From assembly GCA_035248345.1 (NCBI GenBank), contig DATFHO010000045.1, positions 53,398 to 117,397 on the forward strand: a DNA stretch of 64,000 nt. Reading direction: 5' to 3'. Positions within the stretch are counted from its first letter, which is position 1, and each line of letters begins with the position of its first letter. Made by a program: the position numbers and the translations under genes. Of the stretch, positions 44,362 to 51,750 are shown in pieces. The DNA comes from Candidatus Limnocylindrales bacterium (GTDB lineage: Bacteria > Chloroflexota > Limnocylindria > Limnocylindrales > CSP1-4). Under the pieces are notes generated by a model, which worked only from the letters and a program-made list of their open reading frames with translations, ran no database searches and was not told where the DNA came from.

Positions 44362-45639
44362 CTAGACCGCGGCCACGGCCGGCAGGGCGATCACGAATCG
44401 CGCGCCGTGGCCCTTGGCCGGCTCGCACCACAACCGTGCCCCAACGGATTCGGCGAGCTTCCGCGCCGCGTACAAACCGATGCCGGAGCCGCGCGCGGTG
44501 TGCGTCTCGCGCCGGGCGTAGGGCTCGAAGATGCGTTCGCGCCATTCCTCGGGGATGCCGGGACCCTCGTCGGATACGCCGATCCGGACGCCACCTTCGG
44601 CCATCTTCCAGTCGAGCGTGATCGCGGTCTCGGGCGGCGCGTACTTCACCGCGTTCTCGACAAGGTGCTCGAGGATCTGGCGCAGCCGGCTCGGGTCGGT
44701 GAGAGCGAACAGCCGAATGCCCTCCTTGATCTGCAGCCGATGCCGCTTCACGAGCGGCGCCATCTCGTCCGCGGCCTCGGCGACGACCTGGCCGACATCG
44801 ACCGGCGCGAGGTCCGCCGCCGGCTCCGACCCGACCCGCACGGACGCCAAGATCGAGTCGACCAGCCGATCGAGCCGCGCGACCTGCTCCATCGTCGACG
44901 CGTACCAGTTGGCGCGCCGCTCCCGGCGCTCCATGTCGCGCGACTCGCGGCCCTCGAGCTCGGGCTCCTCCGCGAGCAGCTCCGTGTAGGCCCGCACGAC
45001 CGCGAGCGGCGTGCGCAGCTCGTGTGTCACGAGCGCGATCAGCTCTGCGCGTGCTTCGTCGATCTGCTTCAGCTCCGCGGCGCGGGCCTCGGCCTCGCGC
45101 TGGATCCGGCCCTTCTCGACGATGCCGGCGAGCAGGTCCGCGATCGCCCGGAGGTGGTCGACGTCCGACGCCGCGAACTCGCGGCGATCCTCCGTCTGCA
45201 CGTTGAGGACCCCGACCGTCTGGCCGTTCCAGACGAGCGGCACGGAGAGCATCGAGGCGATGAACCGGCGCTGGTCGATGCCGCGGACCCACAGGAACCG
45301 ATCGTCCTGGCTCACGTCGGGGATCACGAGCGGCTCGCGAGTCGCGGCAACGCGGCCGGTGACGCCGCCACCGAACGGCACCTTCGCGCGACCGATCTGG
45401 TAGCGATCGAGGCCGTTCGTCGCCGCGAGCGTCAGGTTCTCGGCATCGCGATCGAGGAGGTAGAGCGAAGAAACCGATGCGCGGAGTGCGTCGCGCGTCT
45501 CGTCGACGACGGTCTCGAGCAGCTCTTCCCACGTTCCTGCGGTGGTCGCCATGCGCGCGACGCGATGCAGGAACCGCAGTTGGTCGAGCTGCTCGTCCTT
45601 GGCGGCGCGGGTGTCAGGCCGGGTGGAGGTCTCCGTCAC
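44362..45639 (-). CDS. cytoplasmic GAF-domain sensor histidine kinase
   Basis: GTG at 45639 overlaps the upstream stop (GTGA). An alternative start is the internal Met of MATTAG. Has a GAF-like region (SLYLLD...GVTGRVAATREPLVIPDV...VPLVWNGQTVGVLNV), H box LVTHELRTPL, N box LVENAVKYAP, and G boxes VSDEGPGIP and GSGIGLYAA. No TM helix. Confidence 0.85.
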   Translation of the reverse strand: MTETSTRPDTRAAKDEQLDQLRFLHRVARMATTAGTWEELLETVVDETRDALRASVSSLYLLDRDAENLTLAATNGLDRYQIGRAKVPFGGGVTGRVAATREPLVIPDVSQDDRFLWVRGIDQRRFIASMLSVPLVWNGQTVGVLNVQTEDRREFAASDVDHLRAIADLLAGIVEKGRIQREAEARAAELKQIDEARAELIALVTHELRTPLAVVRAYTELLAEEPELEGRESRDMERRERRANWYASTMEQVARLDRLVDSILASVRVGSEPAADLAPVDVGQVVAEAADEMAPLVKRHRLQIKEGIRLFALTDPSRLRQILEHLVENAVKYAPPETAITLDWKMAEGGVRIGVSDEGPGIPEEWRERIFEPYARRETHTARGSGIGLYAARKLAESVGARLWCEPAKGHGARFVIALPAVAAV

Positions 45640-46904
45640 CCCGTCACGATACCCGAGGCCGTCGCCGGCTCCCGGCGGGCGGTCGAGACCGCATTCGATG
45701 CGGCAAGGCCGCGGCGCACGAGCGCATCGGCGAGGCGCTCGTAGTCGGACGGCTCGTTGTAGCGCTGCGCGGAAATGCGGAGGAGCGCCCGGGCAGGCGG
45801 CTGGCCGGGCACGCGGCACGCCCGCACCGGGAACGGCCCGACCGGCACCTCGAACCCGTCGTCGCTCGCGAGCGACCGCGACAGCGCGTCGGTCGTCCCC
45901 TCGTCTGGTTCGATCGAGAGGGCGATCGATGCCATCGATCCGAGCATCGACTCCGGCGCGATCGGCTCGAGGCCGAGCCGGTTGTTCAGCAGCCGACGGG
46001 CGTTGACGGCCTTGTCGTGGTTCGACGCCATGTGCGCCGGCCAGCCACCCGCATCGAGCGAGCCGATGACGCGGAGCGCCTCGGGCAGCGAGAGGAATGC
46101 CGTCGGGTCGTGCGTCCCCTGCCAGTCGAACTCCTTCCAGAGCGGTGCGCGATCTGCGCGCGGATCGTTGCGGCCGTGGCTCGTCACCAGCGGCCGAAGG
46201 TCGGCGCGCTTGTCCGCCCGGACGTACAGCATCCCGGCGCCCTTCGGGCCGCACAGCCACTTGTGGCCGTTGCCGGTCCACCACGCCGCACCGAGCTCCC
46301 GGACGTTGAGCGGCAGCATCCCGGGTGCGTGCGCCGCGTCGACGAGGGTGTCGACGCCGAGGCGGTTGAGCTCGCGGACGAGGGTTTCGATCGGGAAGAC
46401 GAGGCCGCTCGGGCTCGTGACGTGGGAGATCAGGGCCACGCGGGTGTGCGGCGTGACCGCGGCGAGATGCGCCTCGACGACCTCCTCCGGATGCCGGATC
46501 GGCAGCCGGATCTCGACGATCTTCACCCTTGCCTTCGCGCGAGCCGCGACCGTCTCGAGCGCATTGACCGTGGCGTTGTACTCGTGGTCGTTCGTGAGCA
46601 GCTCGTCGCCCGGGCGGAGACGAAGGGACTCCAGCACCGTCGCGACGCCGGTCGTCGCGTTCGGGACGACGACGAGGCCCTCGGGATCCGCGTTGACGAA
46701 GGCAGCGACCTCGCGGCGCGCGGCGTCCAGGCGCCCTTCGAGCTCGCGGGTCAGGAACCGGATCGGGTTCGACTCGAGCTCGGCACGAAGCGCGCGCTGG
46801 TACTCCACGACAGGCCGCGGGCACGCGCCGTACGTGCCGTGGGTCAAGTACGTGATCGCCGGATCGAAATCCCAGGGCGAGTCGGCGCTGTACGGTCGCA
46901 CCAA
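45636..46904 (-). CDS. class V pyridoxal-phosphate aminotransferase/desulfurase-fold enzyme (isopenicillin-N epimerase-like)
   Basis: 422 aa. Contains THGTYGACP, SHVTSPSG, DAAHAPG and the PLP lysine in GNGHKWLCGPKGAG. Confidence 0.8.
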   Translation of the reverse strand: MVRPYSADSPWDFDPAITYLTHGTYGACPRPVVEYQRALRAELESNPIRFLTRELEGRLDAARREVAAFVNADPEGLVVVPNATTGVATVLESLRLRPGDELLTNDHEYNATVNALETVAARAKARVKIVEIRLPIRHPEEVVEAHLAAVTPHTRVALISHVTSPSGLVFPIETLVRELNRLGVDTLVDAAHAPGMLPLNVRELGAAWWTGNGHKWLCGPKGAGMLYVRADKRADLRPLVTSHGRNDPRADRAPLWKEFDWQGTHDPTAFLSLPEALRVIGSLDAGGWPAHMASNHDKAVNARRLLNNRLGLEPIAPESMLGSMASIALSIEPDEGTTDALSRSLASDDGFEVPVGPFPVRACRVPGQPPARALLRISAQRYNEPSDYERLADALVRRGLAASNAVSTARREPATASGIVTG

Positions 46905-46975
46905 TCGAGTCTATCGAGCCGCCCTCCCGTGTTGCTCCGCGTCACATTCCCGTCTGTGCGATGGTCTGTCGCGGC

Positions 46976-47122
46976 ATGAAAGAGAAGTCACACAAGGGCC
47001 AGCGGCACAAGGGCTGCGGGCTCTGTGATGCCGACAAGCGCGCGGGCAACGGCGGGGACCGACGTCCGCCGGCGGATCGGCGCGTCCTCGAAGGCATGGA
47101 CGCCGAGGCCCGTTCGGCGTGA
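46976..47122 (+). CDS. micro-ORF 1 (48 aa), Lys/Arg-rich with a CxxC motif
   Basis: Below the track cutoff. My translation: MKEKSHKGQRHKGCGLCDADKRAGNGGDRRPPADRRVLEGMDAEARSA. Its AAA/AAG/GAG-rich start is unusual for this GC content. The stop overlaps the GTG of micro-ORF 2 (GTGA at 47119-47122). Confidence 0.35.
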   Translation: MKEKSHKGQRHKGCGLCDADKRAGNGGDRRPPADRRVLEGMDAEARSA

Positions 47123-47250
47123 GCGCTGGCGTGCGCGGCCTGCTCTGGTACATCGCGCTGTTCGGTCTGGGCGTGCTGCCGTGGGCACTGCTGGCAATCG
47201 CGGTGATTGGCGCGGTCGCGAACGCTGAGGCCGAGGCCTTCGGCGACTAG
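47119..47250 (+). CDS. micro-ORF 2 (43 aa), single-pass or hairpin membrane peptide
   Basis: My translation: (M)SAGVRGLLWYIALFGLGVLPWALLAIAVIGAVANAEAEAFGD. A GTGA overlap couples it to micro-ORF 1. Confidence 0.35.
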   Translation: MSAGVRGLLWYIALFGLGVLPWALLAIAVIGAVANAEAEAFGD

Positions 47251-47265
47251 GGAGGCACCCCGCCT

Positions 47266-47294
47266 TTGACCGATTCGGGTCGTTCGGCTAAAGT
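47266..47294 (+). promoter_or_regulatory. candidate promoter of initiator tRNA-Met
   Basis: TTGACC (47266-71), a 17-nt spacer, then TAAAGT (47289-94). The -10 ends 10 nt before the mature tRNA 5' end at 47305. Confidence 0.55.
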
Positions 47295-47304
47295 AGACAG
47301 CCCT

Positions 47305-47379
47305 CGCGGGGTGGAGCAGCGGCAGCTCGTCGGGCTCATAACCCGAAGGTCGGAGGTTCGAATCCTTCCCCCGCAACCA
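47305..47379 (+). tRNA. initiator tRNA-fMet (anticodon CAU), CCA encoded
   Basis: Hand-folded.
- Acceptor CGCGGGG/CCCCGCA with the bacterial-initiator C1xA72 mismatch.
- D arm GAGC-AGCGGCA-GCTC.
- Anticodon arm TCGGG-CTCATAA-CCCGA, with three consecutive G:C pairs next to the loop.
- T arm GGAGG-TTCGAAT-CCTTC.
- 3' end A73-CCA. Confidence 0.9.
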
Positions 47380-47393
47380 ATCGCATCGTCCTA

Positions 47394-47430
47394 GAACCCC
47401 GGGTCCCGACCACCCGGGGTTCTTTCTTTT
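47394..47430 (+). terminator. rho-independent terminator after tRNA-fMet
   Basis: GAACCCCGGGT (47394-404), loop CCCGACC, ACCCGGGGTTC (47412-422), followed by TTTCTTTT. Confidence 0.75.
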
Positions 47431-47447
47431 CCCGCGCTGATCTCTGC

Positions 47448-48203
47448 CTAGTCCCAGCGGAACGTCTTGATCGTGAGGGCGATCGCGGCCACGGCCCAGG
47501 CGGCGAGGATGCCGAGCGGCGCCGCGGGCGTCACGAGGCCGGTCCCGCCCGAGTCGAGCGCGTACCGCAGCAGCTCCGACAGGGCGGTTGCCGGAAGAAA
47601 AGCTGCGATCGGCTGCAGGAAGCCCGGCAGGTGGTCGACCGGCAGGATGATGCCGCCGAGCATCAGGAAGGCGAGGAACAGCGCGTTCGCGAGCGCAAGG
47701 GTTGCCTCTGCGCGGAGCGTCCCCGCGAGGAGCAGGCCGAGACCCGCGAAGGCCGCGGTGCCGAGGATGAGCGCCACGACGAAGAGCAGCGGCGACCACG
47801 CGGGTCCAGGTGCCCAGCCGAGGAACAGCACCGCCACGGCCATGAGCGCGACGACCTGGACGATCTCCAGCACGCCCACCGCGATGAGCTTCGCGGCGAT
47901 GAGCCCCCACCGTGGCAAGGGCGAGCCGCCGAGGCGCTTGAGGACGCCGTACGAGCGGTCGTAGCCCGTCGCGATCCCGAGGTTCACCATGCCCGCCGCG
48001 ATGAGCCCCAACGCGATCGAGCCGGGCAGCAGGAAGTCGACCGGGTGGTTCCCCAGCGGGATGACCGAGGTTCCTGCGAAGAACAGCAGGACCGCGACCG
48101 GGATGATGATCGTCGCCAGGATGTTCTCGCCGCGGCGGGCGGTGAGCTTGAGCTCGAGCGCCGCGAGCGCACCGATCGAACGGGTCACCGGCGCGGCGCT
48201 CAT
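47448..48203 (-). CDS. ABC-2-type transporter permease
   Basis: 251 aa with six TM helices. Typical ABC-2 layout (ENILATIIIPVAVLLFF...YGVLKRLGGSPLPRW...). The start overlaps the ATPase stop. Confidence 0.8.
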   Translation of the reverse strand: MSAAPVTRSIGALAALELKLTARRGENILATIIIPVAVLLFFAGTSVIPLGNHPVDFLLPGSIALGLIAAGMVNLGIATGYDRSYGVLKRLGGSPLPRWGLIAAKLIAVGVLEIVQVVALMAVAVLFLGWAPGPAWSPLLFVVALILGTAAFAGLGLLLAGTLRAEATLALANALFLAFLMLGGIILPVDHLPGFLQPIAAFLPATALSELLRYALDSGGTGLVTPAAPLGILAAWAVAAIALTIKTFRWD

Positions 48204-49147
48204 GGCACGGCCTCGATGTCGCGATCGCCGGTGATCTCGAGGTAGCGATCCTCGAGGGATGCCGCGCCGGCTCGCAGCTCCACGACGAGCAGGCCTTCTT
48301 TCGCCGCCCAGCTCGTGATCTCGGAGGCGACGTCCGCCGAGGCAGCTCCCGGCTCGATCTCGAAGGCAACGTCGGAGCCCCGGACGGCACGGAGGCGTGA
48401 TTCGCCGTGGAGCGCGGCGATCCGCCGGGCGAGCTGCTGGATGGCCTCGGGCGGGGGCGTCGCATGGAGGCGGAACTTGACGGCGGCGGAGCCGCCCTGG
48501 CTGATCGCGTCGACCGTGTCGTCAATCACGATCCGGCCACGATGGAGGATTGCGACGCGGGTCGCGAGCGCCTCGGCGTCGCCGAGATCGTGCGTCGTCA
48601 TGAGGATCGTGCGGCCCGCGTCGCGCAGTCCTGCGACGAGCGAGCGAGTCTCGCGCCGCGCCGCGGGATCCATGCCCGCGGTGGGCTCGTCGAGGATCAG
48701 CACCTCGGGCTCGCCCGCCAGCGCGATCGCGAGCGCGAGCCGCTGGCGCTCCCCACCGGACAGGCGGCGCACGCGGGTGCCCGCCACCATTGCCAGGCCC
48801 ACCTGGTCGATCAGCTCGTCCGGTAGCGGCCCGCCGCGATGGAAGGCGGCGTACATCCGCACGAGGTCCCGTGGCGTCGCGCGCGGCTCGAGCCCGGCGC
48901 CGCCCTGCAGCATCAGCCCGACCTTCGCCTTGTGCGCCGGCCCGCCGCGGCGCGGGTCCGTCCCGAGCACGCGCACCGTCCCCGCGTCCGGCGTTCGATA
49001 GCCCTCGATCGTCTCGACCGTGGTCGTCTTGCCGGCACCGTTCGGCCCGAGCAAGGCGACCAGCTCACCGGGTCGGACGACGAGGTCGACGCCGTCGAGC
49101 ACGGCCCGATCGCCGTAGGCCATTCGGAGGCCCGAAACCTCGATCAC
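48200..49147 (-). CDS. ABC transporter ATP-binding protein (ABC-2/DrrA/NosF-like subfamily)
   Basis: 315 aa. GTG at 49147 overlaps the TlpA-like stop (GTGA). Contains GPNGAGKTT, LSGGERQRLALAIAL and LILDEPTAGMD. Confidence 0.9.
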   Translation of the reverse strand: MIEVSGLRMAYGDRAVLDGVDLVVRPGELVALLGPNGAGKTTTVETIEGYRTPDAGTVRVLGTDPRRGGPAHKAKVGLMLQGGAGLEPRATPRDLVRMYAAFHRGGPLPDELIDQVGLAMVAGTRVRRLSGGERQRLALAIALAGEPEVLILDEPTAGMDPAARRETRSLVAGLRDAGRTILMTTHDLGDAEALATRVAILHRGRIVIDDTVDAISQGGSAAVKFRLHATPPPEAIQQLARRIAALHGESRLRAVRGSDVAFEIEPGAASADVASEITSWAAKEGLLVVELRAGAASLEDRYLEITGDRDIEAVP

Positions 49148-49668
49148 GGCATCGCCGCTTCCGACGGCGTCGCGATGGGACCGGGAGCGTTGCCGCTGAT
49201 CAGCGCGTACTGCCGCTCGAACTCGTCGTCGGTCAGCTCGCCGACCTGGATCGAGCGGAGGATCCCGTCACGGTCGATGAAGTAGGTCTGTGGCCGCGCC
49301 GCGACGCGATAGGCGGTGCGGATCTGTTTGTCCGGATCGTTCACGGTGGGCCAGGTCGCCGCGTACTGGGCAATGAAGTCCTGCGCGGGCGTGACCGGGT
49401 CGTCCATCAGGACCCCGACGATCGCGATGCCGTTGCTCCCGGCGCTGTATCTGGCGAGCTTGTCCTTGAGCAGCGGAAACTCGTCGCGGCAGGGGACGCA
49501 GCTCGGTCCCCAGAAGTTGACGACGACCGGCCGACCGCGAAGGGCGGCGAGGTCGAACGCCTGACCGTCGAGCGTCGAACCGACGATCCGTGGCGCCGGC
49601 GCGCCCTTGGCGATGAACGGGGCATCGTCGGTGGGGGTCGTGGTCGCGGTCGAGGTGCCCGTCCCCAT
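49144..49668 (-). CDS. TlpA/ResA-like thiol:disulfide oxidoreductase (thioredoxin fold)
   Basis: 174 aa from ATG 49668. Active site VVNFWGPSCVPCRDEFP, plus P.TYFIDRDG. An in-frame TM-like segment lies upstream of the ATG with no canonical start codon (see findings). Confidence 0.8.
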   Translation of the reverse strand: MGTGTSTATTTPTDDAPFIAKGAPAPRIVGSTLDGQAFDLAALRGRPVVVNFWGPSCVPCRDEFPLLKDKLARYSAGSNGIAIVGVLMDDPVTPAQDFIAQYAATWPTVNDPDKQIRTAYRVAARPQTYFIDRDGILRSIQVGELTDDEFERQYALISGNAPGPIATPSEAAMP

Positions 49669-49774
49669 GCCGGCGCGGATCTGGATCAGCGCGAACGTCA
49701 GGATTGCCGCCGCCGCCAGTCCGATGAGGATCAGCTGCCGGGTTCGATCGAGCTTGAGCGCCGTGTCCCGCCGC

Positions 49775-50905
49775 CTACTTGACCGTCAGCGTCCCGGTCA
49801 TCGCCGGGATCGGGTGGATGGAGCAGATGTAGGTGTAGGTGCCCGGCTGCAGCGCGTCGTACGTGTACGCCTGCGACTTGCCGCCATCCGTCGGTGCCTG
49901 CTTCTTGAGCACGGAGCCATCGCTCGACCGGAGCTCGACGTCGTGCGGCGTCCCCGGAGCGTCCTCGTTCACGAACCAGATCGTGAAGGGCTTTCCGGCC
50001 GCCGTCTCGAGCGTTTTCTCCTTGTACTCGAGCACCTTTGCCTCGACCGTGAGCGCTCCCGGAGGGGCGCCGGCGGCGCCACCCGGAGCGCCGGAACCCG
50101 CGGGCGCGCCCGAAGCGCCGGGAGTGCCGGTGCCGCCACCTGAGGCCACGGACGCGAAGAAGCCGGCCTGGGTGAGCCCGAGGAGGACGAAGGCCAGCGC
50201 GAAGACCTGCAGCGTCCGCAGCGGGAGCGGGATCGCCGGGATGTTCTCGAGGTGGCCGGTCTTGTCGGCCTCGACCGTCTTGCGGTACTCGGCCGTGGCA
50301 TCGAACAGCCAGCCCAGGAGCGTGTAGACGAGGAAGATCACCGCGAGGATCAGGACCCAGCCGCCGACCACGAGGCCGCCGAGGAGCGCCGCGGACCCGA
50401 GCGCGCCCATGAGCGGACGGATCGACGGGCCCGGCATGTGGACGCCGGGTGGCGGACCCTCGTGGATGACCGCCGGCAGCATCGTCCGGTTCTCGAGTTG
50501 GTCGTAGTCGCGGAGCGCGTCGCGCATCCAGACGGTGAGCGTCAGGGCCATGATCACCGCGCCGATCGCGAGCCAGACGCCGCCGAGCACGAGCCCCAGG
50601 AAGAGCATTGCCCCACCGAAGGCGACGACGATCGGTGCCGCGGAGCCGCCCGGCATGTGCACCGAGGCGGGAGTGATCGGCTGGATGCGGGCGGGAGCAC
50701 GTCGGCTCGGACCGAGCGTCGCGAACTTGCGGAACGTGAATGCGAACCAGGCGATGAACAGGAGCGCCAGCAGGAACGGGAGGAGCGCGATCAGCGCTTT
50801 CCAGTCCGGCATGACGAAGATCGACAGGGTGTCGAGGACCGTCGTGACGAGGTCCTTCGCGGACGCTGCCGCCGATGCTGCTGCGGAAGGCGCTGCCGAC
50901 TCCAC
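49775..50905 (-). CDS. polytopic membrane protein with duplicated HMPGxS two-helix module and C-terminal type-1 copper (cupredoxin) domain
   Basis: 376 aa with about six TM helices.
- Internal repeat: VHMPGGSAAPIVVAFGGAMLFLGLVLGGVWLAIGAVIMALTLTVWMRDALRDY versus VHMPGPSIRPLMGALGSAALLGGLVVGGWVLILAVIFLVYTLLGWLFDATAEY.
- Gly/Ala/Pro linker.
- Cupredoxin ligand set: TPHDVEL ... YICSIHPIPAMTGTLTVK. Confidence 0.8.
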   Translation of the reverse strand: MESAAPSAAASAAASAKDLVTTVLDTLSIFVMPDWKALIALLPFLLALLFIAWFAFTFRKFATLGPSRRAPARIQPITPASVHMPGGSAAPIVVAFGGAMLFLGLVLGGVWLAIGAVIMALTLTVWMRDALRDYDQLENRTMLPAVIHEGPPPGVHMPGPSIRPLMGALGSAALLGGLVVGGWVLILAVIFLVYTLLGWLFDATAEYRKTVEADKTGHLENIPAIPLPLRTLQVFALAFVLLGLTQAGFFASVASGGGTGTPGASGAPAGSGAPGGAAGAPPGALTVEAKVLEYKEKTLETAAGKPFTIWFVNEDAPGTPHDVELRSSDGSVLKKQAPTDGGKSQAYTYDALQPGTYTYICSIHPIPAMTGTLTVK

Positions 50906-50917
50906 GAGAGGCCGGCG

Positions 50918-51103
50918 CTAGTCGCCGAGGCCGGCTTCGAGGACCGCGACGAGGAGTCCCATGGCTGCGCCGAGCGCGATCAGCATCGTGACCCCGGCCC
51001 ACTCGATGTGATAGCCGAGGACCGGCGCGAGCCCACCGTAGACGGCGGCCAGCACGACGCAGCTGATTGCGATGATGACCGCGTTGCGGTGACGTCGAAG
51101 CAT
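50918..51103 (-). CDS. small two-helix membrane protein (candidate oxidase subunit IV-like component)
   Basis: Internal ATG at 51103 of ORF 50918..51481, 15 nt after the ctaE stop. Product: MLRRHRNAVIIAISCVVLAAVYGGLAPVLGYHIEWAGVTMLIALGAAMGLLVAVLEAGLGD. The longer ORF version overlaps ctaE out of frame and is rejected. Confidence 0.5.
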   Translation of the reverse strand: MLRRHRNAVIIAISCVVLAAVYGGLAPVLGYHIEWAGVTMLIALGAAMGLLVAVLEAGLGD

Positions 51104-51117
51104 GTCGTCGATCCTCG

Positions 51118-51750
51118 CTACGGGATCAGGTACAGGATCGAGAAGAGCAGGATCCAGACCACGTCGACGAAGTGCCAGTACAGCGACACCGCCTCGACGG
51201 CGTCGTGGTGCTTCGACGAGAACTGGCCGGCCATGCCGCGGTAGAGGACCACGCCGAGCATCAGCACGCCACCGAACACGTGGGCGCCGTGGAAGCCCGT
51301 GAGCGTGAAGTACGTCGTCCCGAACGCGCCCGACCCGAGCGTCATGCCTTCGCCGAACAGCAGGCTGTAGTCGTAGACCTGCATGATCAGGAAGATGATG
51401 CCGAGCACGAACGTGATCGAAATGTTCCGGATGTAGCCCTTCCGGTCGCCCTTGCGGATCGACCAGACGGCGAACTGGCACGTGAACGAGCTCGTGATCA
51501 GCAGGATGGTGGCCAGCATGATCGGCCCGAGCGGGTCGAGGATGTGCTTGAACGCTGCGGGTGGCCAGGGCTGGTTCGCGGCGCGGGTCGCGAAGTACGC
51601 GGCGAACAGGCCGGAGAAGAACATCACCTCGGAGGTGATGAACAGGATCATCCCGAGGATCGGGTTGCTGATCCCTCGCGAGTGCCCGGCCGCGACCGGA
51701 TGCGCCTCGGCGTGTCCGGCGGCGGTCATGGCGTGTGCTTCAGCGGTCAC
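51118..51750 (-). CDS. ctaE: cytochrome c oxidase subunit III
   Basis: 210 aa with five TM helices. Contains FFSGLFAAYF, FTLTGFHGAHVFGG and the C-terminal EAVSLYWHFVDVVWILLF. Confidence 0.9.
   Translation of the reverse strand: MTAEAHAMTAAGHAEAHPVAAGHSRGISNPILGMILFITSEVMFFSGLFAAYFATRAANQPWPPAAFKHILDPLGPIMLATILLITSSFTCQFAVWSIRKGDRKGYIRNISITFVLGIIFLIMQVYDYSLLFGEGMTLGSGAFGTTYFTLTGFHGAHVFGGVLMLGVVLYRGMAGQFSSKHHDAVEAVSLYWHFVDVVWILLFSILYLIP

Noticed and set aside
50918-51481. 187-aa version of the small ORF downstream of ctaE
   Set aside because: The upstream two thirds overlap ctaE in another frame and are Arg/Pro-rich. Only the last 61 codons (from ATG 51103) form a plausible two-helix membrane protein.
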